48,037 nt of DNA from Lacibacter sp. GTDB lineage: Bacteria > Bacteroidota > Bacteroidia > Chitinophagales > Chitinophagaceae. Shown here in pieces: positions 1 to 8,627 of this stretch. The stretch is from positions 1-48,037 of the forward strand of contig DAIOWB010000001.1 in the NCBI GenBank assembly GCA_036758725.1, written 5' to 3'. Under the pieces are notes generated by a model. That model had not been told where the DNA came from. It searched no databases and worked only from the letters and a program-made list of their open reading frames with translations. The position numbers and the translations under genes are program-made. Positions within the stretch are counted from its first letter, which is position 1. Every line of letters begins with the position of its first letter.

Positions 1-2839
1 AAAGATCTTTTCTGTTTCTGCGTTCAACAAGGTTATGATCTTCATCGTTGTATTGAAGCAACCAAACTTTTTTATCCAGTCTTCTTAATGCAGTAAATAA
101 TTCAATACTCTGATACCAGGGCACTGCCCCGTCTTTATCGTTATGCATAAGCAATAAAGGTGTTGCTACTTTATCAGCTTTAAATAAGGGAGAATTCTTT
201 GTATACAAATCGGGCCGTTGCCATGGTGTATAACCAAGTCTTGTTTGTGATTTTTCATATTGAAACTGCCGGCTTATTCCTGTACCCCAGCGTATACCAC
301 CATAAGCGCTAAACATATTACTCACCGGTGCACCAGCACCTGCAGCTGCAAATATTTTTGTACGTGTTACCAGATAGGCAACCTGGTATCCGCCCCAGCT
401 CTGTCCTTGAATAGCCATTTTTGTACTATCAACAAATTTCATTTTGCTGAGATATTTTGCTGCACTCACAACAGAGTTATAGGCACTTTCACCAGGCTCT
501 CCATTTTTATAATAAATGTTGGGATCAAAAACCAAATAACCATTGCTGGTGAAGTATGCAATGTTGATGGTAGAAGCACTGGGCGCCGGTGCTCTGTAAT
601 TGTATCTGGTATCTGCGTTGCGTTCATAAAAATAAAAGATGACAGGATACTTTTTGCTTGCATCAAAATTCTCAGGCTTAAATAGTAAACCTTCACTTTC
701 TTTTCCATCAAACATTTTCCATTTATGCAATTCAACAGTATACCAGTTGTAATCTTTTTGTTGTTCATTGCTTGTACTTAATGCAACAGCAGATTTATTA
801 TTTTGTGCATTAGATAATGTTGTTGAAAATAGTGTTGGACTCATTTGCGGAGTCATTGCTGTATAAACCAATGCCTCACTGTTTTTTGCTTTCACAGTTC
901 CGCCAAATGCATTAAATGCAACTGCATTTGTTACGGGAACAGATTCATTTAATGTAAACTGCCCGCCTGTTTTGTAAACAACCCAGCCACTTCCTTTTTC
1001 TTTATTATCAAATGTATTAAGTAATAAAGTTTGTCCATCTTTAATAAAACGTTCTTCACGGTCTAATACTGTATTACGGAAAGTGAGTTGTTTTTTTCTG
1101 CCGATATTGTTTGTAATACAAACAGGCTTAGTTGATCCTGTTGGATCTACTTTCCAGATATCAAACTTATCATACACATACATTGCGGCATCATTTTCAT
1201 GCCATCCCATAATGCCATGTGGTGGCGGATCATCGGGATGATCATCATCTTCATCATATAAAGGAACTTTAATTTCTTTAGTTGCATTGATGGTTTTGCC
1301 TGTTGCAATATCGTATGTAAAATAATGCCGCCCTTTCCAATCATACCATCCAACAAATTTCCCTTTTGGAGAAATACTACCTCCACTTCTTATTTTTTTG
1401 GCAATTAATTTTCTTTCACCAGTTTTTACATCAACGAGATACAGATCATTGTAATTAAACTGCTCCCATTGGTTTTGAATACGATATCCTTTATTGGTTT
1501 CACCAAGTGCCATATCTCCGTTATCATCATCAGAAAGTTCAATGCGTTCAAGATTTTCGTCGGCAAGTGTTGTAATTGCATTTGCATTTTCATGAATTAC
1601 TGTTAAATAACTTCGTTTAATTTCATTAGGTGCCTGTACTAATTGCTGAGGTTGCAATTCATTATCCTGATAATTCCAGATATCTAAGCGTGCTGTTTCA
1701 AACTCTACCAAAGAAGTGTCTTTTGGTTGCCTTATTGGAACAAGACCGAGAAATAAACGCTTTCCGTTCTTGCTGAATTTGTTTGTATAGTCGGGGCTAA
1801 TAGTCAGCCCATTTTTAATTCCAACTGTATTTCTGTCCGCTTTTAATACTGCACTATCCATTCCTGGTTTAAAAACCCATAGTTTGTAGAATTTTCTTAA
1901 AGCTTTTGTTACACTATCCCGTTCTGCAACAAATGCCAATTGTGTTCCTTCTTCATCAATAGCAAAATTCTTTGCATCATTAAAACCTTTCATTACCGTA
2001 TCTACTTTCCCTGTAATCATATTCATCCATAATACGGAAGCCTTACTGAGCGTATCTGCATTTTTTCTTGTTGTTTCAATAACTAATACATTTCCTTTTT
2101 TACTGAAATAATAATCACTTACTAATTTATATTTTACTTCTTCGCCCGATAATAAATTATGCAGCACCAGCTCTGTTCCTTCTTCAACAGGTTCTTCAGC
2201 TGCTTTTGGTTTTGTATCTTTCTTTTGTACCTGTAAAACACTTAATCCTTTGGCTTTTGCTTCATTTGCTTTATTTTTTAAACTATCAGCAACCCGTATT
2301 AACGAGTCGGCTGCAGCAACCATTTTGTTGATTTGCGTTAATGAATCAGGTTTTGCAGAAGGTTTGGGAATATCAGTTGATTTCTCCATTTGATAAGTGA
2401 TCCAGTTATTCCCTTTTTCGGGCATTTTAAACGATTTAACTCTGGCTACTTTCCAAACACTATCTTTTCCAAATTCAACAATAGCCAAACTATCCTTTGG
2501 CATTTCATCGGGCTTTTTCTTTTTTATTCTGGCTTCTCTTGTGTCTTTAAAAAGCGGTTTTATTTTAAATACAACAAAACGGCTGTCGTTGCTGATGATT
2601 GAATTATAACCACGGGGAATAACTTTTTTATAAAGTCCATCTGATGATTGTATAATGAAATCTCCATTCCCTTCCTGTGGATTAACCTGGTAAACCACCC
2701 ATTTCCCATCATCACTAATTTGTGGTTGAACAACCGTTTGCCATTTATCATATACAGAATGATCTAATGGTTTTTTATCTTGTGCATTCAAAAGTGCCGG
2801 AAACATTAAAATGTTTAGGGCTATAACAAATTTTCTCAT
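1..2839 (-). CDS. S9 family (prolyl oligopeptidase/acylaminoacyl peptidase-like) secreted peptidase, 3' end runs off the window
   Basis: Absent from the ORF track. Manual translation from ATG 2839 gives MRKFVIALNILMFPALLNAQDKKPLDHSVYDKWQ (signal peptide). The same frame gives nucleophile motif GQSWGGYQ (~400) and PLLLMHNDKDGAVPWYQ...EDHNL (catalytic Asp/His). Frame checked at these three points only. Confidence 0.9.
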   Translation of the reverse strand, partial: MRKFVIALNILMFPALLNAQDKKPLDHSVYDKWQTVVQPQISDDGKWVVYQVNPQEGNGDFIIQSSDGLYKKVIPRGYNSIISNDSRFVVFKIKPLFKDTREARIKKKKPDEMPKDSLAIVEFGKDSVWKVARVKSFKMPEKGNNWITYQMEKSTDIPKPSAKPDSLTQINKMVAAADSLIRVADSLKNKANEAKAKGLSVLQVQKKDTKPKAAEEPVEEGTELVLHNLLSGEEVKYKLVSDYYFSKKGNVLVIETTRKNADTLSKASVLWMNMITGKVDTVMKGFNDAKNFAIDEEGTQLAFVAERDSVTKALRKFYKLWVFKPGMDSAVLKADRNTVGIKNGLTISPDYTNKFSKNGKRLFLGLVPIRQPKDTSLVEFETARLDIWNYQDNELQPQQLVQAPNEIKRSYLTVIHENANAITTLADENLERIELSDDDNGDMALGETNKGYRIQNQWEQFNYNDLYLVDVKTGERKLIAKKIRSGGSISPKGKFVGWYDWKGRHYFTYDIATGKTINATKEIKVPLYDEDDDHPDDPPPHGIMGWHENDAAMYVYDKFDIWKVDPTGSTKPVCITNNIGRKKQLTFRNTVLDREERFIKDGQTLLLNTFDNKEKGSGWVVYKTGGQFTLNESVPVTNAVAFNAFGGTVKAKNSEALVYTAMTPQMSPTLFSTTLSNAQNNKSAVALSTSNEQQKDYNWYTVELHKWKMFDGKESEGLLFKPENFDASKKYPVIFYFYERNADTRYNYRAPAPSASTINIAYFTSNGYLVFDPNIYYKNGEPGESAYNSVVSAAKYLSKMKFVDSTKMAIQGQSWGGYQVAYLVTRTKIFAAAGAGAPVSNMFSAYGGIRWGTGISRQFQYEKSQTRLGYTPWQRPDLYTKNSPLFKADKVATPLLLMHNDKDGAVPWYQSIELFTALRRLDKKVWLLQYNDEDHNLVERRNRKDL

Positions 2840-2922
2840 ATACAGAAGGTTTTAAAAGTTTGTCAAGATAAATTAAACAAATAAAGCAGAACGCTGTTTT
2901 ATACAAGTGGAAAATTAAACTT

Positions 2923-5370
2923 ATGAATAGAATTATCGCCTTTCTTTTTTTCTTTTTTGGAATATATACACAGGTTTTTGCCCAAAACAAGGGAGTTATT
3001 GCCGGAACTGTCATTGAAAAGAGTAATCAGTTGCCACTTGAGGGAGTGAGTGTTAAAGTTGAAAACTCAGAATTTGGAACTATAACCGATTCGCTGGGCA
3101 GATTCAGAATCATCAATATTCCATCCCTTACTTATTCAATTCAATTTACAAAAGTTGGTTATAAGTCTTATACATTATATAATGTGGTGATCACTTACGG
3201 TAATGAATTAAGTTTTTCTATAGAACTGGAGCAGGAAATAAAATCAATTGCTGAAATTACAATTACCGGAAAAAAAACAGCCAAAGCAGCCACTCTTGAA
3301 ACACCTTTAAGTGTTCAGCGATTAACAACAGAAGAAATAAAAGCAAACCCCGGTGGTAATTTTGATATCAGCCGGGTTATTAATACACTACCCGGTGTAG
3401 GTGGAACTGCAGGCAGTGTTGGAGGTTTTAGAAACGATATTGTAATACGTGGGGGCGGTCCCGGTGAAAATGTATTTTATTTAGATGGAATTGAAATTCC
3501 TGTTATTAATCATTTTGCAACGCAGGGTTCCGGTGGCGGGCCAACAGGAATTTTAAATGTGAGTTTTCTTGAAGATGTAAAACTTTCTTCTTCTGCTTTT
3601 GATGCCCGTTATGATAATGCATTAAGCAGTGTTTTTGAATTTAAACAAAAGAAAGGAAATAGCAACCATGTACAGGGAAATGTACGCCTGAGTGCAACAG
3701 AATTAGCAGCAACTTTAGAAGGGCCTTTAAGTAAAACAAAGAAAACAACTTTTCTTGCAAGTGCAAGAAGAAGTTACCTCCAGTTTTTGTTTCAGGCATT
3801 GGACTTACCTATCCGTCCTAACTACTGGGATTTTCAATACAAAATCACCCACCAGGTAAATAAAAAAACAACACTAACTTTTATTGGTATTGGTGCCATT
3901 GATGAATTTAGTTTTGCAGCACCTAATGAATCAACTTCTGAAAAATTATATATTCTCAACAGCAATCCTAACATTAACCAATGGAATTATACAGTTGGGG
4001 CCAGTTTAAAAAGAACAGTAAAAAATGGTTTTTGGAATTTAGCATTGAGTCGAAATGCATTCAATAATGAAATTACACGTTTTGAAGATAATCTCAACCC
4101 CACTGCATCAAAGCAATCACTTGATTTAAATTCAAATGAAACAGAAAACAAATTAAGGTTTGATGTAAATAAAACAGTAAAAGGATGGAAGTTGAGTTAT
4201 GGAGCAGCAGCACAATATGTTCAATTCAGCAATAATGGTTTTGCAAGAATCAGAGCCGAAATAAAAGATACAAACAACAATATCATTCAACCTGAATTAA
4301 AAGCCAACTTTAATTCTTCATTGAACTTTTTAAAGCTTGGAACATTTATACAGGCAGGTAAACGGTTTTTTAACAACCGCCTGGGAGTAAATGCAGGAGT
4401 AAGATTTGATGGTAATACTTTTACAGATAATGGTATGAATTTATTGCAGACTATGAGTCCACGCATTGGATTAAGTTATGTATTGAGTGATGAATGGACA
4501 GTAAATGCAAGTGTGGGAAGATATTATAAACTTGCACCTTATACTATTCTTGGTTTTGAGAATAATGCAGGAATTTATACAAATAAAGATGCCAAATACC
4601 TGCGTAGTGATCATTATGTAATCGGACTTGAATTTTTACCAAAAAACACTACCCGTTTTACCATTGAAGGTTTTTACAAGCAATATGGAAATATGCCGGT
4701 TAGTGTACGTGATGGAGTGAATCTTGCAAACAGGGGCGGCGATTTTAATGTATTGGGCAATGAAGCAGTTGTTAGTAATGGTAAAGGGAAAACATATGGC
4801 ATTGAATTTTTTGCACAACAGAAATTAACCAAACGATTTTATGGTGTTTTCAGTTATACACTTTTTGTAAGTCAATTTAGTGGGATTAATGCAAAATATA
4901 TTTCAAGTGCATGGGACAACCGGCATTTGTTAAGTATTACATGGGGTTATAAATTTCAACGTAATTGGGAATTAGGTTTAAAATTCCGTTACCAGGGCGG
5001 TGCACCTTTTACCCCTTTTGATGAAACATTGAGCCGGCAAAATTATTTAAGCCTGGGAGAAGGTGTACTGGATAATTCTAAATTGAATGCAAACAGATTA
5101 ACTGCTTTTCATGCAAGTGATGTTAGAATAGATAAGAAATGGAATTTTAAACGACTGACACTGGATGTTTTCCTTGATGTTAGTAACTGGTATGTTGCAA
5201 AAAGCCCGGCATTTCCTCAGTATACATTTAAACGCACAACAGATAATTCAGCTTTTGCTACTAACAATGGAAGGCCAATTGCCTATGATGGAAGCAATGC
5301 AATTCCTTTAATACTTCAAAACAACGATCCAAGTGTTACTCCTACTATTGGATTTATTCTGGAATTTTAA
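2923..5370 (+). CDS. TonB-dependent receptor with N-terminal carboxypeptidase-regulatory-like domain
   Basis: Signal peptide, GTV..PLEGVSV N-domain, plug motif (LPGV...NDIVIRGGGPGEN.FYLDGIEIP), C-terminal Phe. Confidence 0.9.
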   Translation: MNRIIAFLFFFFGIYTQVFAQNKGVIAGTVIEKSNQLPLEGVSVKVENSEFGTITDSLGRFRIINIPSLTYSIQFTKVGYKSYTLYNVVITYGNELSFSIELEQEIKSIAEITITGKKTAKAATLETPLSVQRLTTEEIKANPGGNFDISRVINTLPGVGGTAGSVGGFRNDIVIRGGGPGENVFYLDGIEIPVINHFATQGSGGGPTGILNVSFLEDVKLSSSAFDARYDNALSSVFEFKQKKGNSNHVQGNVRLSATELAATLEGPLSKTKKTTFLASARRSYLQFLFQALDLPIRPNYWDFQYKITHQVNKKTTLTFIGIGAIDEFSFAAPNESTSEKLYILNSNPNINQWNYTVGASLKRTVKNGFWNLALSRNAFNNEITRFEDNLNPTASKQSLDLNSNETENKLRFDVNKTVKGWKLSYGAAAQYVQFSNNGFARIRAEIKDTNNNIIQPELKANFNSSLNFLKLGTFIQAGKRFFNNRLGVNAGVRFDGNTFTDNGMNLLQTMSPRIGLSYVLSDEWTVNASVGRYYKLAPYTILGFENNAGIYTNKDAKYLRSDHYVIGLEFLPKNTTRFTIEGFYKQYGNMPVSVRDGVNLANRGGDFNVLGNEAVVSNGKGKTYGIEFFAQQKLTKRFYGVFSYTLFVSQFSGINAKYISSAWDNRHLLSITWGYKFQRNWELGLKFRYQGGAPFTPFDETLSRQNYLSLGEGVLDNSKLNANRLTAFHASDVRIDKKWNFKRLTLDVFLDVSNWYVAKSPAFPQYTFKRTTDNSAFATNNGRPIAYDGSNAIPLILQNNDPSVTPTIGFILEF

Positions 5371-6271
5371 TTGGAGATAAAACGGCTTCTGATTTTTTTC
5401 TGTTTTTCCAAACTCTGAGGGTTTGTATGGCAATACTTAAAACAATCAGTGCCATGCCCATATAAAAACCTTTCCCCAAATGTTCATCTTCATGAAAAAT
5501 AAAAAAGGCTAAAGCAATTCCATAAACAGGCTCCAGGTTATAAGATAGATTTGCAGTAAATGCAGAAATCCGTTTAAGTGCATTGATTGATAGTTGCATG
5601 GCCAGTACTGTGCAGAATAATGACAGTATAAACAACCAAACTACATCCATGAATGAAGGAAGCATATTAGTTGCCGGAGATAGTTTAAAATAAAAAGGTA
5701 ATACAAAACATAAAAACAACCATCCAAAACTTAATTCATATAATGTAAGACTAGCAGCAGGAACATATTGAATTAACCGTTTATTAAAAATGGGAAATAA
5801 AGCAGAAAGGAATGCAGCAGCAACTCCCAGCAATATTCCGGTTTTAAATTGTACATCAAAATGAAAGATGAGATAGATACCCAGCAAAACCAATATACCC
5901 AGCAAAATTTCAAACAAATCAATTCTTCGTTTTAAAATCAGGGGCTCAAGCAATGCAGTAAAAGAACCGGTTGCAGCAAAACAAACCAATGCAATTGAAA
6001 TGTTTGCATACTTAATACTTCCATAAAAAAATATCCAATGCATGGCAATCATCACTCCAATATAAAAGCATGGGAGCAGATATTTTTTATAAATACGAAA
6101 TGATGTTTTTGAAAAAAACAGAAATAAGAATAAAAGAACAGCAGATAATAACATGCGGTACCAAACCAACCAACCTTCATTTAATTCAATAAGCCTGCCT
6201 AATACTCCTGTAAAACCTGCAAGAAAAATTGCAGCATGTAATTGCAGAAAAGCTTTAGTGGTGGCATTCAT
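5354..6271 (-). CDS. DMT/EamA family transporter
   Basis: 305 aa with about 10 hydrophobic helices in two repeats and NLEPVYGI motif. 17-bp convergent overlap with the TBDR gene. Confidence 0.88.
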   Translation of the reverse strand: MNATTKAFLQLHAAIFLAGFTGVLGRLIELNEGWLVWYRMLLSAVLLFLFLFFSKTSFRIYKKYLLPCFYIGVMIAMHWIFFYGSIKYANISIALVCFAATGSFTALLEPLILKRRIDLFEILLGILVLLGIYLIFHFDVQFKTGILLGVAAAFLSALFPIFNKRLIQYVPAASLTLYELSFGWLFLCFVLPFYFKLSPATNMLPSFMDVVWLFILSLFCTVLAMQLSINALKRISAFTANLSYNLEPVYGIALAFFIFHEDEHLGKGFYMGMALIVLSIAIQTLRVWKNRKKSEAVLSPIKIPE

Positions 6272-6276
6272 TCATT

Positions 6277-7074
6277 TCAGGAATTGTGTTGGGCTATTAC
6301 TTCTTCTGCTGAAATATTTTTAATAGCTTCTCCGTTTTTTTTCATTCGTTGATGATAGTCTTTAAAGAGACTTTGCCATTTTAATTTCAACACACCAATA
6401 ATACCTTCTTTCACAATTCCTTTATTCATTTTGCTTATGCCCAGTTTGCGGTCAACAAAAGTGATGGGCACTTCTTTTATTTTAAATTTCAATTTCCACG
6501 CAGCAAACTTCATTTCAATCTGGAAAGCATATCCAACAAAACCAATTTGATCAAGATTTATGGCTTCCAATACTTCCTTTTTATAACAAACAAATCCGGC
6601 TGTGGTATCTTTTACCGGCAACCTGGTTATAATACGGGTATATAAAGAAGCTCCCTTTGATAACAAAATTCTGTTACGGGGCCAGTTTTCAACTGCTCCT
6701 CCTTTTATATATCTGCTGCCCACTGCAACATCTGCTCCCTCATCTTTACAAGCTTTGTATAATCTTACTAAATCTGCCGGGTTGTGACTGAAATCGGCAT
6801 CCATTTCACAAATGAATTGATAGTCTTTTTCAATTGACCATTTAAAGCCATGTATATAGGCAGTGCCTAACCCTAATTTTCCTTTTCTTTCCTGCAGGAA
6901 TAATTGGGTTGGGTATTGTTGCTGTAATTGCTTTACCGCATTTGCAGTTCCATCAGGAGAACCATCATCAATAACCAAAATATCAAATGGGTTGGGTTGA
7001 GAAAATACCACATGAATTATTTTTTCGATATTTTCTATCTCATTATAAGTAGGTATAATTACAATCTTTTCCAA
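6277..7074 (-). CDS. Polyprenol-monophosphomannose synthase-like glycosyltransferase (GT2, DPM1-like)
   Basis: IIPTYNE, VIDDGSPDGT, GLGTAY, EMDADFSH, GSRY, DTTAGF motifs. TTG start. Confidence 0.92.
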   Translation of the reverse strand: MEKIVIIPTYNEIENIEKIIHVVFSQPNPFDILVIDDGSPDGTANAVKQLQQQYPTQLFLQERKGKLGLGTAYIHGFKWSIEKDYQFICEMDADFSHNPADLVRLYKACKDEGADVAVGSRYIKGGAVENWPRNRILLSKGASLYTRIITRLPVKDTTAGFVCYKKEVLEAINLDQIGFVGYAFQIEMKFAAWKLKFKIKEVPITFVDRKLGISKMNKGIVKEGIIGVLKLKWQSLFKDYHQRMKKNGEAIKNISAEEVIAQHNS

Positions 7075-7121
7075 AGTGATGATGGGTTGTATCGCTTTTT
7101 TTTAATCTGTTTAACTTCTGC

Positions 7122-7889
7122 TTACTTTTTAACCAATGTACGATTTAAAATTTCTGTGAGCTTCTGTTTGGTATGAAGAGCAAAATCACCTTTCATCATC
7201 CAATCATAATATTGAGGCTCCTGTTTTAAAACATCTGTAACAGGTTTCCCTTTATGCTTTCCGAAATTAAATACTTCTACTCCATTTTCCATTACAAACC
7301 TGCGTGCAAAATCAACAATCTGATCTTCTCCGGTAAATTTAACAATTGCTTCAACGGTATTACCCATTTGCGGATAACGCTGAACCTGTGCTTCCAGAAT
7401 ATCACATGTGGCTGTTGCATCAACTTCAGCACCATGGGCTCCATCCAATTGTTTGTCACAATAAAACTTATAAGCTGCAGACAGTGTTCTTTGTTCCATC
7501 ATGTGAAACACTTTCTGTACATCTAAAAGCATTCTGTTATTTAAATCAATATCAATACCTGATCTTAAAAATTCTTCTAGCAACAATGGAATATCAAAAC
7601 GGTTTGAATTATATCCTGCCAAATCACAATTTTCAATAAACTGCTTTAATTCATTGGCTGCTTGCTTAAATGTTGGTGCATCTTTTACCATTTCATTGCT
7701 TATACCATGTATTTCAGTAGAACCGGGAGGAATAGGCATTTCAGGATTAATTAGTTTCCGTTTTACTATTCTGCTGCCATCAACCATTTGTTTAACAATG
7801 GCTATTTCCACAATCCGGTCAGTACCAATATTAATTCCGGTTGTTTCAAGGTCAATGTAAGCAAGGGGTCTCTTTAATTGTAAATTCAT
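7122..7889 (-). CDS. DEDDh 3'-5' exonuclease (DNA polymerase III epsilon-like)
   Basis: IDLETTG (ExoI), GYNSNRFD (ExoII), AHGAEVD (ExoIII), C-terminal FGKHKG...EPQYYDW. Confidence 0.9.
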   Translation of the reverse strand: MNLQLKRPLAYIDLETTGINIGTDRIVEIAIVKQMVDGSRIVKRKLINPEMPIPPGSTEIHGISNEMVKDAPTFKQAANELKQFIENCDLAGYNSNRFDIPLLLEEFLRSGIDIDLNNRMLLDVQKVFHMMEQRTLSAAYKFYCDKQLDGAHGAEVDATATCDILEAQVQRYPQMGNTVEAIVKFTGEDQIVDFARRFVMENGVEVFNFGKHKGKPVTDVLKQEPQYYDWMMKGDFALHTKQKLTEILNRTLVKK

Positions 7890-8067
7890 GAAAAATGGTG
7901 TGTTTGTTTTTGATTTTCAGCTTTTTCAGCAAAAAATGTGATTTGGCAAAAATAAATAAAACATATTCAATACAGCCATATCATAAAATACTGATTTCAA
8001 CGTTATTTGGTAAAGGTTCAGCTTTTTAAAAAAAAGCTTACTTTTATGTATTCAAAATCCCTCGAAA

Positions 8068-8193
8068 ATGAAAAAAGTTTTTGTATTTACTTTATTAATA
8101 ACCTTTCTAAGCCTCCTTTTTACATCATGTGCAGGAAGCCATAAAGGATACGGTTGCCCCCAGTCAACAAGCAGTAAACCTTTCCGCAGTTAA
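8068..8193 (+). CDS. Small 41-aa putative lipoprotein (MKKVFVFTLLITFLSLLFTSCAGSHKGYGCPQSTSSKPFRS)
   Basis: Below ORF-track cutoff. ATG 8068 to TAA 8193, MKK + hydrophobic core + lipobox-like FTS-C, A-rich start context, -7-like TACTTTTA at 8039-8046. Confidence 0.75.
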   Translation: MKKVFVFTLLITFLSLLFTSCAGSHKGYGCPQSTSSKPFRS

Positions 8194-8214
8194 TTTGTTT
8201 GAATAAAAAATTTC

Positions 8215-8550
8215 ATGAACTGGATACCTCTAAGCTCTACTGAAGAATTGGAGCAACTTATACTTTTATCTCAACAAAAGCCTTTAGTTATTTTTAAGCA
8301 CAGTACCCGATGCAGCATTAGTACTGTAGCAAAAAACAGGCTGGAGAAATCTTCTGTTCCCCATGATATTCCTTTTTACTATCTCGATTTAATTGCCTTC
8401 CGCAACGTTTCTAATTCAATTGCAGTACAATTTGGAATTATACATGAATCGCCACAAATTCTTCTTATTAAAAATGGAAAATGTGTATATGATGAAAGCC
8501 ATATGGGCATAGATATGGACGATATTAAAAAACAACTTCTACATCACTAA
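8215..8550 (+). CDS. ytxJ: Bacillithiol-system redox-active protein YtxJ-like (monothiol thioredoxin fold)
   Basis: IFKHSTRCSIS and HESPQ motifs, 111 aa. Confidence 0.85.
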   Translation: MNWIPLSSTEELEQLILLSQQKPLVIFKHSTRCSISTVAKNRLEKSSVPHDIPFYYLDLIAFRNVSNSIAVQFGIIHESPQILLIKNGKCVYDESHMGIDMDDIKKQLLHH

Positions 8551-8554
8551 ATAC

Positions 8555-8582
8555 AAAAGGCCACCAGAGCGGTGGCCTTTTT
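8555..8582. terminator. Bidirectional intrinsic terminator between ytxJ and ppdK
   Basis: AAAAGGCCACC-agagc-GGTGGCCTTTTT perfect hairpin with A/T tracts, between convergent genes. Confidence 0.85.
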
Positions 8583-8627
8583 GGGTCATAATCAATAGCC
8601 GATTATAAAAGAACTGATTTTAGTCTA

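Noticed and set aside
260..3014. Short ORF-track entries (260..685, 466..768, 1147..1386, 2390..2751, 2775..3014)
   Set aside because: Antisense or off-frame shadows of the long minus-strand S9 peptidase (1..2839), which the track missed because it has no stop in the window.
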